The notes: generated by a model from the letters alone, not told the origin. Positions 39,888-53,565 are shown, counted from the first letter of the whole stretch. The stretch: 63,889 nucleotides of DNA, filler included, from Octopus bimaculoides (GCF_001194135.2; 6 parts of 6 records of this genome joined end to end with filler, not necessarily neighbours in it), one strand, 5' to 3'. Numbers and translations: made by a program.

Positions 39888-40289
39888 GTTATGAACTCTC
39901 GGTAATTTATGGCATGAGATACCTGCTTAGACTCATGTAACGTCGTATAAACATATATATCCATCAATGTAACTATATTCATACAACTACACCTGTTATA
40001 AAGTATTCCAGATGCACCCTTCTTCCCTGTATGATGTGGCTTATGAATATTATGTACACACACGCGCGCGCGCACACACACACACATGCACACGCAGACA
40101 CTTTCACATTTTTCCCAAAAGTAAATGTTATACTCACCATTTTTTGTGATTTTTGAACCAAGTTTTCCACCTATATATAAAATATAATAAATTCCAGCAT
40201 TAATAATGATTTCTTTGATAATGACGGTAACGTTTTTATAATAAAAATTATTGTTTCACTTATAGCTACAAGCCTTGAACTTTTGTGCG

Positions 40290-40391
40290 AGCGGGCTACT
40301 TCATTGTGTCGATCCGATTGCTCAACGGATAATTCTTTTATCGATTATGATTTAATGAAGGGCAAAGTCGACCTCGATAGAATTTGAACTA
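40290..40391 (-). mobile_element. SINE family A fragment
   Basis: ATGAAGGGCAAAGTCGACCTCGATAGAATTTGAACT. Confidence 0.6.
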
Positions 40392-40397
40392 ATGATG

Positions 40398-40479
<82 letters not shown>

Positions 40480-40483
40480 TAAT
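40398..40483. repeat. (CAA)n-(TAA)n compound microsatellite
   Basis: Direct reading. Confidence 0.95.
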
Positions 40484-40729
40484 AATATACAACGGGGACA
40501 TTTAACATGTGAGAGCGATAAAACACTGCTCCAAATTTTATCCAAAAACATCGGAAATAAAGACATCGCATAGAGACACAAATAGTTGACAAAGGGCTGA
40601 AGCATATCCGAGTAAGTAATACACACACTGAAATTTATTTCCATGATATATTATAACTGGAAATGATGTAGTTTAACTGGATATCGTCTCCACTGTTCGC
40701 AGAGCACATGTAAACACGCTTGATACGTT

Positions 40730-43700
40730 ACAATCCATCAACAACCCTAGAATAACAATCGGGAAGTGCGTAATTTAAACTTGTTGCATAACAAGTACGA
40801 AAACAAAACACGTGCAAAACAATTTGACAACAGAAATGAACGCACTGGTACCCTACGAAAATGATGTCCGTCAAAATAAAGGGCCGGACATTGTTCCTAG
40901 TGTCGCACAAATATAACCGAAAATACATAAATGGATACGTGAGAAATATATTTCAATCCTTCACGCTTATTTTACATCAGTGCTCTACCCAAAGAACGAA
41001 AACTCAACAATATCCACATATAAAATATTGAAGAAAAATAATCTAAATAAAGACTTGGATACAGCAATGAATCCTAATAAACTAGCTAACATACGAAGAT
41101 TATATTCTCAAAGCAAAACGAATATCAGAAATAGAAATAGAACATTTGAATGGAAAAATACATCAGGTAAATGCAGATAGTATCCACACAACAATGCCAA
41201 ATAATATAAACATTGAGATAGTAAAACACGAAGACAAACGTAACATTTCCAACAAAAACGAAGTAAACAAAAAACAACAAACCCAGACCGTAGGGATGTA
41301 TAATAATGTACAAAAAGCACCAATCCAGAACACCACAGAAAAACATATGAATGAAAAGGAAGGCGAAACAAATCTAAAACCGGGAAACAGTGAAGGGGAA
41401 ATTAATGATTATGATACTATAAAAATGAGAATTGTCAAAAAACAGAACAGCACAGATGTCAGAATGGACCACAGATTATACCTCTCAAATATCAAAATAG
41501 ACAATAAAACAACATCAATTATAAATAGCATAAACCTGGCCGTCTCGGAACTAATAGCCACAGAAACAACTGCAATATCACTGAGCTAAATGACATGATA
41601 TATGCAGCAGACACTGCAGCCACAAAAGAAGCAGGATACTCCCTCAAACCCATCTAAATAGGAGTTCCACCACTCAAACAAACCCTTTGGATAAATAATA
41701 TCCAAGAAAAAAAATTTCAATAGAAAGAAAACATCTATCGATTCTTAACGAAATTAGTAGACAATCAATACTACTAAGTAACAGGAAAAAAACAAAAAAC
41801 AAAAAACAAAAATACTGTGAAAATACATTACAGAAAAAGATTTACCTGAGGTAAAAGAAAATCTAAAGCAAGATATCCTTGCCGAAGCACAAAGGATCCG
41901 CCGGTATGACAAACGCCAACGTTTTTTGAACAACACAAACAGTTCAACTTCAACCCCGCAAAATTCTACCAAGAACTTAGCAAAAATAAAATAGACATTA
42001 CTACAGCACAAACAACAGAAGAAGTGGAAGGATTTCGGAAAGAAATATGGTCGGTGAAGGAACAATCTCGGAAAAGGACCATTAAAGCCACTAACGTAGC
42101 ACATGAGCAACTCTGTGCATATATAACAACTGAAGAGGTCACCCAGGCACTGCAAAGACTAAGCAACTCCAAGGCACCTGGACACGACAAGATCTCCAAC
42201 GTCTGGTTAAAATCTCTGACAGAAATACACAAAAACCTGGCTGAAATCTTTAACTACATACTAACAGAGCCAGCGAAAATGCCTGAATGACTCACGAAGG
42301 GAAAACTATCCTAATTCCCAAATCCAGAGAAATGGCGAAACCACAAATCTAGAGACCTATTACCTGTCTCGCTACAATCTACAAACCTTCACTGCAATAA
42401 TATCGCAGAGATTGTGTAAGCACCTGGAAGAAAACAATCTGTTTCCAAAAGAGCAGAAAGGATGCTGCAAGGGCACATACGTCTTTAAAGATAAATTAAT
42501 GATCAATAAAGCCATAACTGAAGACAGCCGCAGAAAGAAGAAAGGACTCGATATGGCCTGGATCGACTACCGAAAGGCTTTTGACGGGATTCCCCACACG
42601 TGGATTCTAGAAACATTAGCCATAAACAAGTTAGCACCACTAATTAGAAAATACCTAAAACACTCTATAAATAAATGGCAGACAGTGCTACAACACCAAA
42701 CAAAAGAGGGACTTGTGAAAACGAAAGCCATCCCCATTCAAAGAGTAATATTCTAGGGAGACACGCTCTCTCCACTCTTGTTCTGACTGGCACTGACCCC
42801 TTTATCTGACGTGCTAAATAGATCTGGATTCGGATATAAAAGTTACGGCAAAACAAACAGCCACTCTTTATATATTGATGACCTAAAACTATACGATACA
42901 AATGATAAATAGCTGGAAACACTACTACAGAAAGTACACGGATTTACCAAAGTAATAGATATGAAATTTGGATTGGAAAAATGCGCCAAAGCAACCCTGA
43001 AAAGAGGAAAACTAGTAAAGAGTAGAAACATCAGACTAGATAAAGCCAATGAAATAAGAAAATTATACCAAAGCCAGGCATACACATATTTAGAAATCTA
43101 TGCACTAGATAGGATACGACACACACAAATGAAAGAGAAACTAAAGAAAGAATACTATAGACGAGTTAGATTAATACTGCAAACAAAGCTGAATGCTAAA
43201 AAAAAGATAATAGGTATTAACACTTTAGCTGTCCAAGTTATATGTTACAGCTACAATATCCTTAACTGGACACTAAATGAACTAACAAAAATAGACAGGA
43301 AAATAAGAAAAATAATGACAGGATCTAGCATGCACCACCCAAAATCTGACATAGAAAGAGTATATATAGAACGTACAGAAGGTGGTAAAGGTCTTATATA
43401 GCTGGAAAACTATTATAAAATAACCACCATAGGAATGCAAAATACCTACATCAGAAGCAAGGAAATATAATACAAATATCCACAAAACACGAGCAAAACA
43501 AAAAAACTTTTTCCAGTATTTAAGGAAGCTGACAAATACAAGCAATGAATCATACTACCTAACAAATATGAAGAAGAAGAAGAAGAAACAACAAAAGCTA
43601 TGAAACAAATGAAATCCAAACTAAAACTGGAACAGCAGTGGACCATGTTAAAACGATGGCAAGAAAAGCCCCTACATGGCAAATTCTGGGCTAAACTAAA

Positions 43701-44459
43701 TGCAAAAAATAGACAGAAAATTCCCAGCAATGGTTGAGAAGTTCAGAGACTGAAGGATTTTTAATTTCAGCACAAGTCCAAAGCCTCCGCACCAGAAATT
43801 ACCACAAACATATAATGAAAATAAACATAACAAGCATCTGCAGAATATGTGATGATGGACAAAAACAATAAATCATATTATCTCTGGCTGCCCATTCCTG
43901 GCTAAGAAGGAATATATTCACAGACACGACAGAGCTGGGAACTACATACACTGGAAGCTATGCCAACACTATGGAATAACAACAGAAAAGAGATGGTATA
44001 AACACACGCCAGAACAGGTCACAGAAGACGAGAAAGCGACCATACTCTGGAATATGCCAATACACACAGATAGAGAAATTAAGGTTAATAGGCCAGATAT
44101 AGCTGTCAGAGATCATGAAGAAAAAAATGCTTTCTAATTGATGTATCAATACCAGCAGATGACAACGTTTCTCTGAAAGAAATGGAAAGACTTTCAAAAT
44201 ACAAAGACCTGGAAATAGAGGTAACTCGAATGTGGTATCTACAAAAAGAAATATTTCCTATCATAGTGAGTGCATTAGGTATGATGAAACACCAGGACTT
44301 ACAAATATATATAGCATACAGAAAATTGCAATACTGGGCACTGCACACATTCTACGCAAAACACTTTCAATACAGTAAACATAAGAGCACCACAGCAAAC
44401 CACAGCACATACCCAAGGTAGTGAAGTGAAAGCACGTTATAAAAATAAAACTACTGAAC
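40730..44459 (+). mobile_element. R4/Dong-like RLE non-LTR retrotransposon, copy 1, near full length, inactivated by stops and frameshifts (5' boundary approximate)
   Basis: N-terminal KWIREKYISILHAYF; RT motifs KAPGHDKI, QKGC, AWIDYRKAFD..PH, GDTLSP, YIDDLKLY, KFGLEKCA, GGKGL; CCHC knuckle CRICDD...HIISGCP...HRHD; RLE NRPDI...LIDVSIP.D.N..KE.E..SKYKDL; end QKIAILGTAHILRKTLSIQ* (TAA 44376-44378). An 81-bp 3' UTR runs directly into (TAA)n. Confidence 0.88.
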
Positions 44460-44461
44460 AA

Positions 44462-44558
<97 letters not shown>
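44460..44558. repeat. (TAA)n tract (tail/target of copy 1)
   Basis: Direct reading. Confidence 0.95.
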
Positions 44559-44756
44559 TGCAACCACGCAGCAACTATGTGTTCCTCAAATTGGGGCTGT
44601 AATAAGGGTGGATCACTTTCAGAAATAGCAGAACTTTGCACCGTTCGAATACTCCGTATGGTGCTCGAAAAATAACGGGTGTTACCTTGGTTCACTAGTA
44701 GTGAATATTTGGCACCGTAGTACCTCTCCAGCGTTAGAAGCTGTGTAAAGACGAGC
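44559..44756 (+). mobile_element. Heavily 5'-truncated 3' end of a second R4/Dong-like subfamily
   Basis: QIGAVIRVDHFQK / IAELCTVRILRMVLEK* (TAA 44673-44675; cf. QK.A.LGTARILR.VL). The 81-bp 3' UTR differs from that of copy 1; flanked on both sides by (TAA)n. Confidence 0.6.

Positions 44757-44830
<74 letters not shown>
44757..44830. repeat. (TAA)n tract
   Basis: Direct reading. Confidence 0.95.
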
Positions 44831-44832
<2 letters not shown>

Positions 44833-47291
44833 TATCAGAAATAGAAATAGAACAATTGAATGGAAGAATACATCAGGAAAATCTAGATAGTAGCCACACA
44901 ACAATGCCAAATAATAATATAAACACTGAGATAGTAAAACACGAAGACAAACGTAACATTTCAGTCAAAAACGAAGTAAACAAAAAAGAACAAACGCAGA
45001 CCGTAGAAATTTATAATAATATACAAAAAGCACCAATCCAGAACACCACAGACAAACATATGAATGAAAAGGAAGGCCAAACAAATCTAAAACCTGGGAA
45101 TAACGAAAGGAAACCTAATGATTATGATACTATGAAAATGAGAATAATCAGAGAACTGAAAACCACAGATCTTAGAATGGACCACAGATTATGTCTCACA
45201 AAAATCAAAATAGACAATAAAACATCAATAATAAATAGCTTAAACCTGGCCGTGACGGAACTAACAGCCACAGAAACAACTGGCAATATCACTGAGCTAA
45301 ATGACATAATATATGCGGCAGCAACTGCAGCTACAGAAGAAGCAGGATACTCCCTCAAACCCATCTGAACAGGAGTTCCACCACCCAAACAGACCTTGTG
45401 GATAAATAATATCCAAAACAAAATTAAAAAAAAAGTGAAAAGATCTATCGATTCTCAACAAAAATGGTGGCCAATCAACACAACTAAGTAACAAGAAGAA
45501 AACAAAAATACTGTACAAATACAACATTACAGAAAAAGATTTACCTAAAACAAAAGAAAAGCTAAAGCAAGATATCCTTGCCAAAGCACGAAGGATCCGC
45601 CGTAATGAGAAACGCAAACGTTTCTTTGAACAAAACAAACAGTTCAAATCCAACCCCAAAACATTCTACCAAGAACTGGGTAAAAATAAAATAGACATTA
45701 CTACAGAACCAACAGCAGAAGAAGTGGAAGGATTTTGGAAACAAATATAGTCGGTGAAGCAACAACCCCAGAAAAGGACCATTAAAACAACGAACTTAGC
45801 ACCTGAGCAACTCTGGATCCCTATAACAACTGAAGAGGTCACACAGGCACTGCAAAAACTAAGCAACTGGAAGGCACCTGGACACGAAAAGATCCCAAAC
45901 TTCTGGTTAAAATATCTGACAGGAATACACAAAAAGCTGGCTGAAAACTTTAACTACATACTAGCAGAGCCAGAGACAATGCCTCAATAGCTCACGAAAG
46001 GGAAAAGCATCTTAATTCCAATATTCACGGAAACAGAGAAACCACAAAACTACACACCTATAACCTATCTCCCTACAATCTACAAAGCCTTTACTGCAAA
46101 AATATCGCAGAGATTGAGTAAGCACCTGGAAAATAACAACCTGTTTCCAGAAGAGCAGAAGGGATGCTGCAAGGGCTCATACGGCTGTAAAGATCAATTA
46201 ATGATCAATAAAGCCATAACTGAAGACAGCCGCAGAAAGAAGAAAGGCCTCAGTATGGCCTGAATCGACTACCGAAAGGCTTTCGACGGTGTTCCCCACA
46301 CGTGGATTCTAGAAACGCTAGCCATAAACAAGGTGGCACCAATAATTATAAAATACATAAGGCACTCTATCAATAAATGGCAGACAGTGCTAAAGCTCCA
46401 AACAAAAGAGGGACTGGTGAAAACGAAAGCCATCCCCGTTAGAAGAGGAATATTCCAGGGAGACACGCTCTCTCCACTCCTGTTCTGCCTGGCACTCACA
46501 CCTTTAAGTGAATTGCTAAATAGAACTGGATGCGGTTACAAATGTCACGTGAAAACAGTCAGCCACCTTTTATATATGGATGACCTAAAATTATACGCTA
46601 GAAATGATAAAGAGCTGGAAACACTACTACAGACAGTACATGGCTATACCAAGGAAATAGATATGAAATTCGGATTAGAAAAATGTGCCAAAGCAACCCT
46701 GAAAAGAGGAAAACGAGTTAAGAGTAGAAACATCACACTAGATAAAGCCAATGAAATAAGAGAACTAGACGAATGCCAGCCATACAAATATTTAGGAATC
46801 AATGAATTAGATAGGATACAGCATACACAAAAGAAAGAGAAAATAAAGAATACTATAGACGCGTTAGATCAATACTAAAAACAGAGCTCAATGTTTAAAA
46901 CAAGATTATAAGTATTAACACTTTAGCCGTCCCAGTTATAAGGTACAGATACAATATCCTTAACTGGACGCTAAAATAGACAGGAAAACAAGAAAAATAA
47001 TGACAGGATCTAGGATGCACCACCCAATATCTGACATAGAAATGATATATATACAACGTACAGAAGGTGGTAGGGGTCTTATACAGCTGGAAAACTATTA
47101 TAAAGTTTCCATCATAGGACTGCAAAAATACCTACTTCAGAAGCAAGGAAAACTAATACAAATAACCACAAAACACGAGCAAAACAAAAAACTGTTTTCA
47201 GTATTTAAGGAAGCTGACAAATACAAACAAGAAATCAATCTACCTAACAAATACGAAGGAGGAGGAGAAGAAGAAGAAGAAGAAGAAGAAG
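44831..47291 (+). mobile_element. R4/Dong-like RLE retrotransposon, copy 2, 5'-truncated; 3' end lost in the gap
   Basis: Starts AATATCAGAAATAGAAATAGAAC, homologous to copy 1 position 41121. RT motifs WKAPGHEKIPNFWLK, RGIFQGDTLSPLLFCLAL, HLLYMDDLKLY, KFGLEKCA, YKYLG, GGRGL; several stops. Confidence 0.88.
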
Positions 47292-47711
47292 NNNNNNNNN
47301 NNNNNNNNNNNNNNNNNNNNNNNNNNNNNNNNNNNTTAATTAATTAANNNNNNNNNNNNNNNNNNNNNNNNNNNNNNNNNNNNNNNNNNNNCGCTGTGAA
47401 AACAACATCCATTCATGAATTTATTTATTAATTAATTTTTTAAAAATACATATTTTACCCGTGAATTTGCGTGTGTAAGCTGGGAATGCATACATATATT
47501 TATGTGTGTCTGTGAGTGTGTTTGTGTGTGTGTGCGTGTGTGTGTGTCTGTGTGTGTGTGTGTGTGTGCGTGTGTATGTCTATGTGCATGTGTATTTGTG
47601 TGTGTATGTTTATGCTTATGTATGAATATACACACACACACACACACACATATCTTGAGGTATATATATATAAATATATATATACATATGTACAGGCACA
47701 GACACACACAA

Positions 47712-47744
<33 letters not shown>

Positions 47745-48630
47745 CATACACAGATTACGTATATGTAAATAAGCTCATAATTCCATATACTTCCCTGACG
47801 ATCTGTCCGTGTGTCTCTCTCTCTCACACATATACACATTCGAACACAAAGAATCACAAACACATACACGGATGTGAGCAAATATTAACAATATTCCAGT
47901 CAATGATATATATATAAATATATNNNNNNNNNNNNNNNNNNNNNNNNNNNNNNNNNNNNNNNNNNNNNNNNNNNNNNNNNNNNNNNNNNNNNNNNNNNNN
48001 NNNNNNNNNNNNNNNNNNNNNNNNNNNNNNNNNNNNNNNNNNNNNNNNNNNNNNNNNNNNNNNNNNNNNNNNNNNNNNNNNNNNNNNNNNNNNNNNNNNN
48101 NNNNNNNNNNNNNNNNNNNNNNNNNNNNNNNNNNNNNNNNNNNNNNNNNNNNNNNNNNNNNNNNNNNNNNNNNNNNNNNNNNNNNNNNNNNNNNNNNNNN
48201 NNNNNNNNNNNNNNNNNNNNNNNNNNNNNNNNNNNNNNNNNNNNNNNNNNNNNNNNNNNNNNNNNNNNNNNNNNNNNNNNNNNNNNNNNNNNNNNNNNNN
48301 NNNNNNNNNNNNNNNNNNNNNNNNNNNNNNNNNNNNNNNNNNNNNNNNNNNNNNNNNNNNNNNNNNNNNNNNNNNNNNNNNNNNNNNNNNNNNNNNNNNN
48401 NNNNNNNNNNNNNNNNNNNNNNNNNNNNNNNNNNNNNNNNNNNNNNNNNNNNNNNNNNNNNNNNNNNNNNNNNNNNNNNNNNNNNNNNNNNNNNNNNNNN
48501 NNNNNNNNNNNNNNNNNNNNNNNNNNNNNNNNNNNNNNNNNNNNNNNNNNNNNNNNNNNNNNNNNNNNNNNNNNNNNNNNNNNNNNNNNNNNNNNNNNNN
48601 NNNNNNNNNNNNNNNNNNNNNNNNNNNNNN

Positions 48631-48720
48631 GAAGACACTTACCCAAGGTGCCACTCAGTAGGACTGAACCCAGAACCATGTGGTTTGAAAGCAAACTTCT
48701 TACCGCACAACTATGCCTGC
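48631..48720 (-). mobile_element. SINE family B head
   Basis: GAAGACACTTACCCAAGGTGCC..GGACTGAACCCAGAACCATGTGGTT. Confidence 0.75.
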
Positions 48721-48967
48721 ATCTTTTAAATACACCCTTATATATGTATCTATGTATATATATGTATCTATGTATATATATGCAAATATTCTTTCAAAAT
48801 ACTTTTCTTTTAATTTTTCTAAAATTTAATTGTTTTCCATGCTTACAGTTGAAAAAGTGTCAATGACTGAAACTGGTACCGAAATGTCTTTTATAAAATT
48901 ATTTTAGCCTTTTCTACCTTGACTTTTTTTCCATATACATACATACATACATACATACATACATACA

Positions 48968-49003
<36 letters not shown>

Positions 49004-49044
49004 TATATATACATACATACATACATACACATGTATACAATAAC

Positions 49045-49180
49045 CTTCTCTCAGTTTTCTTCTACTAGATCTACTGGTAAGGTTTTAATCGGCCCAAGGC
49101 TATAGCAGAAGACACTTTCCCATGGTACTACGTATCGGGACTGAGCCCGGAACCAGTTGGTTAGGAAGCAAGCTTTTTAC
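49045..49180 (-). mobile_element. SINE family B fragment
   Basis: GGCCCAAGGCTATAGCAGAAGACACTT...GGGACTGAGCCCGGAACCAGTTGGTTAGGAAGCAAGC. Confidence 0.7.
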
Positions 49181-49221
49181 GGTATAGACACGCGTGTGGT
49201 AGGTGAGTGAGTGAGTGACGG

Positions 49222-49277
<56 letters not shown>

Positions 49278-49932
49278 AGGATAAAGAATTTAGTTATATC
49301 AAATATAAGAGCTTGGATACGAAATACTAAGTATGTATATATGTGGACATGCAAAATGAGAGAAAGCAAAAAGTGGAGACTCTCCGATGATGAATATTTA
49401 AGGATAAATATTTTGATATTTATATTAATAGGTCTGACTTACACAGAATAAAAACGCCAGAGAAAATTGAAGGGATGGACCAAAGGTGTTATAAGTTTAA
49501 CAACTGCTCCTGGGGGCTCAGAGAACCATGATAAATTTGGCAAGTGTAGTTCTTCACAATATGTGACCGTAATGGATACAATCAACATTGAATACGACGA
49601 GCTTTATATTTCAGATCTTAATCTAGAGAAGTTCAAAGGTGTACTCTGAGTAAATTGGATCTATCAATATAAATATCTATATATTCATACTTAAATATGC
49701 ATCGTCTGAAAGTATCCAGCTTTTTCTTTCTCTCGCTTTGCATGTATACATTTATACATATAGACATATTGTGTATATGATACCCGAATTATTATACTTA
49801 ATATATTTGATTAATTTGTTTAGTATATCTAATTTGTTTATCTGCATAATTGCCTCTATATCTGCTCAATTTCATTCCCCTTATAACCGTTCTTTACCCT
49901 GTAGAATCGATCCCATGTAAAGATATCGGAGT

Positions 49933-50224
49933 GGAGGCGCAATGGCCCAGTGGTTAGGGCAGCGGACTGGCGGTCACAGGATCGCGGTTTCGATTCCCAG
50001 ACCAGGCGTTGTGAGTGTTTATTGAGCAAAAACACCAAAAGCTCCACGAGGCTCCGGCAGGGGGTGGTGGCAAACCCTGCTGTACTCTTTCACCACAACT
50101 TTCTCTCACTCTTACTTCCTGTTTCTGTTGTGCCTGTAATTCAAAGGGTCAGCCTTGTCACACTGTGTCATACTGAGTATCCCCGAGAACTACGTTAAGG
50201 GTACACGTGTCTGTGGAGTGCTCA
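49933..50224 (+). mobile_element. tRNA-derived SINE, family D, with intact Pol III promoter boxes
   Basis: A box TGGCCCAGTGG (49943-49953), B box GGTTTCGATTCCC (49986-49998); the body matches 24780-25003. Confidence 0.88.
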
Positions 50225-50447
50225 NNNNNNNNNNNNNNNNNNNNNNNNNNNNNNNNNNNNNNNNNNNNNNNNNNNNNNNNNNNNNNNNNNNNNNNNNNNN
50301 NNNNNNNNNNNNNNNNNNNNNNNNNNNNNNNNNNNNNNNNNNNNNNNNNNNNNNNNNNNNNNNNNNNNNNNNNNNNNNNNNNNNNNNNNNNNNNNNNNNN
50401 NNNNNNNNNNNNNNNNNNNNNNNNNNNNNNNNNNNNNNNNNNNNNNN

Positions 50448-50498
<51 letters not shown>

Positions 50499-51035
50499 TC
50501 CACACACACATCCACACATCCACACGGCGACATATCTATAGCCACATGTGCACACATATATCTTTACAACCGTGAGAACTATTTTCCTTAGAAAATACTT
50601 TTGCTGATGTTTGCACAATAATTCAAAAATCATAAAGGAGCACAATGCTGATGTCATACTTAATATCCATCCCCTGAACACCCATTTTAATATATATATA
50701 TGTACATATGTATGTATATGGTTGCGTGTGTGTCTGAGTGCGCGCGCGTTTGTGTGCTTACGGAAATGAACGAGTGACTGCTGAAGCGAGAGATGATTGG
50801 TTTTTGCGCGGTAAAGAAAACCGCTTTCAGTTATAATAACGTTGACTGTTCCCTGGAGAATGGATTGCAAATTAAGTATTTCAAACCGAAAAATTATATA
50901 TACACACGCACACACATAGATATGCATACATATATACATACGTGCATATATATATATATGTGTGTGTGTGTGTGTCTGTGTACGTGTATGGCTATACACA
51001 TATATGTAGACATCTGCATTTATATGCACACACAC

Positions 51036-51110
<75 letters not shown>

Positions 51111-51262
51111 CATATGTCAAGTGACAAATAATAGTGAATATTTACTTATGAAAAACCTCAATGCTGCTGATAGGTTCAAATTTGCTACATGTAGGTTTTG
51201 CCTGTCAAGGAATATTGAATTCATTACGCACTGTGTTTGTGGATGCATATATATATATTTTC

Positions 51263-51306
<44 letters not shown>

Positions 51307-51358
51307 ATTACATATTTGAATATGTGTATATATGCATATATACATGTTCTATACAGTA

Positions 51359-51413
<55 letters not shown>

Positions 51414-51425
51414 GTATATGTATAT

Positions 51426-52090
51426 CTTTTATCATTTACTTGTTTCAGTCATTTGACGGCGGCCATGCTGGGGCACCGTTTTGAAGGGCTTTAGTGGAAC
51501 GAATTGACTATAGTACTTATTCTTTTAAAAGNNNNNNNNNNNNNNNNNNNNNNNNNNNNNNNNNNNNNNNNNNNNNNNNNNNNNNNNNNNNNNNNNNNNN
51601 NNNNNNNNNNNNNNNNNNNNNNNNNNNNNNNNNNNNNNNNNNNNNNNNNNNNNNNNNNNNNNNNNNNNNNNNNNNNNNNNNNNNNNNNNNNNNNNNNNNN
51701 NNNNNNNNNNNNNNNNNNNNNNNNNNNNNNNNNNNNNNNNNNNNNNNNNNNNNNNNNNNNNNNNNNNNNNNNNNNNNNNNNNNNNNNNNNNNNNNNNNNN
51801 NNNNNNNNNNNNNNNNNNNNNNNNNNNNNNNNNNNNNNNNNNNNNNNNNNNNNNNNNNNNNNNNNNNNNNNNNNNNNNNNNNNNNNNNNNNNNNNNNNNN
51901 NNNNNNNNNNNNNNNNNNNNNNNNNNNNNNNCATACACACGCACACACATATATACGACAGGCTTCTTTCAGCTTCCCTCTACCACAAGACTTTGCTCAG
52001 CCCAAAGCGATAGTAAAAGACACTTGCCCAAGGTGCCGCGATGCGTGATCATGTGGTTGGGAAACAAACGTCTTACACACAGCCACACCT
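51426..52090 (-). mobile_element. SINE family B spanning a gap
   Basis: Tail at 51426-51531 (TTTACTTGTTTCAGTCATT..GGCCATGCTGGGGCACC) and head at 51950-52090 (GACACTTGCCCAAGGTGCC..CATGTGGTTGGG). Confidence 0.7.
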
Positions 52091-52249
52091 TCCTCTATAT
52101 CACGTGTTTGTGTATGTGTGTGTGTGTGCGTGCATGTGTGTATATATATATATATATATACACACATACATATATGTATAACTGAAAAGTATACAACAAA
52201 TTAAGGCAGGTGCAAGAAAAATAAAGAGGATGCAACAGAAGAGTAGAAG

Positions 52250-52293
52250 ACGTCTTTGATGTTTCGAGCCTTCGCTCTTCTTCAGAATCAAAC
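52250..52293 (-). ncRNA. Minimal type-I hammerhead-ribozyme-like motif (Penelope/retrozyme type), probably degenerate
   Basis: Minus strand: CGTTTGATT-CTGAAGA-A-GAGC-GAAG-GCTC-GAAAC-ATC-AAAGACG, i.e. the CUGAnGA and GAAA core with a perfect 4-bp stem II. Confidence 0.45.
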
Positions 52294-52305
52294 GATGAGA
52301 CAAAA

Positions 52306-52881
52306 TACGAGGAAATACCCAAAAGAAACCGGAATTTTGCAATATTATTTTATTCACTTAGTTTTACATGTTTACCCGTTTACCACCTTCAAAGTATTCT
52401 GCATCTGAAGCAATGCATCTGTCCAGACGCGTTTTCCGCTGTTGGAAGCAGCCCTGGAACTCTTACGACGTAATAGCTTTTAGCGCCCCCGTAGTCTTTT
52501 TTCTTCACCTCTTCCACATCTGCAGATTCCGTAGTACCAGCTTTCATCAGAAGTGATGACCTTCGAAAAAAAGATCCGGATCAAATTCCAGATTTTCTTG
52601 CAATTCAAGAAACGCATTCAGTCTCTACTACTTCTGATCTTCCGTGAGCAAACGAGGCACAAATTTTGCTGCAACCCTTCTCATTCGCAATTCCTCGCTT
52701 TAAATTCGTTTGCAGGAGCACCAAAACACGCCAGTCATATCAAAAAGTTCGTCAGTTTTTCGGTGACGGTTCTACAAGATCAGCTCATGAATTTTGGTGA
52801 GGTCAACGGTTGCCCTGAATGAGGTCGGTCATCAAGCGACATGCGACCATTCCTAAAGCGTGAAAACCATTCGTAAACTTG
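52306..52881 (-). mobile_element. Mariner transposon remnant with internal deletion of most of the catalytic core
   Basis: QVYEWFSRFRNGRMSLDDRPHSG..., MRRVAAKFVPRLLTEDQK, KVITSDESWYYG, then a jump to C-terminal RLDRCIASDAEYFEG. TIR-like TACGAGG...CCCAAAAGAAACCGGAATT at 52306; the 5' part runs into the gap. Confidence 0.8.
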
Positions 52882-53565
52882 NNNNNNNNNNNNNNNNNNN
52901 NNNNNNNNNNNNNNNNNNNNNNNNNNNNNNNNNNNNNNNNNNNNNNNNNNNNNNNNNNNNNNNNNNNNNNNNNNNNNNNNNNNNNNNNNNNNNNNNNNNN
53001 NNNNNNNNNNNNNNNNNNNNNNNNNNNNNNNNNNNNNNNNNNNNNNNNNNNNNNNNNNNNNNNNNNNNNNNNNNNNNNNNNNNNNNNNNNNNNNNNNNNN
53101 NNNNNNNNNNNNNNNNNNNNNNNNNNNNNNNNNNNNNNNNNNNNNNNNNNNNNNNNNNNNNNNNNNNNNNNNNNNNNNNNNNNNNNNNNNNNNNNNNNNN
53201 NNNNNNNNNNNNNNNNNNNNNNNNNNNNNNNNNNNNNNNNNNNNNNNNNNNNNNNNNNNNNNNNNNNNNNNNNNNNNNNNNNNNNNNNNNNNNNNNNNNN
53301 NNNNNNNNNNNNNNNNNNNNNNNNNNNATATATATGTATGTATATGATTATAGATGGATACTTACATCACATTTGCTTTCACAGTCTGTTAAAACACCTC
53401 CAGCCAGGCTGCATGGCTTCATACACTGAAAGAGAAGCAGAGAGAAATAGAAATAAACTTACAACAAATAAACAAGACATAGTAATTACTTTAACACGAA
53501 ACAAAACCTGGTTGTAGCGTGAGAGGAGGTGAAGCAACCACAACGACACAAACAATAAGGATCCT

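Noticed and set aside
49933-50005. tRNA gene at the SINE D head
   Set aside because: It continues directly into a repeat body present in other copies and lacks a complete cloverleaf.
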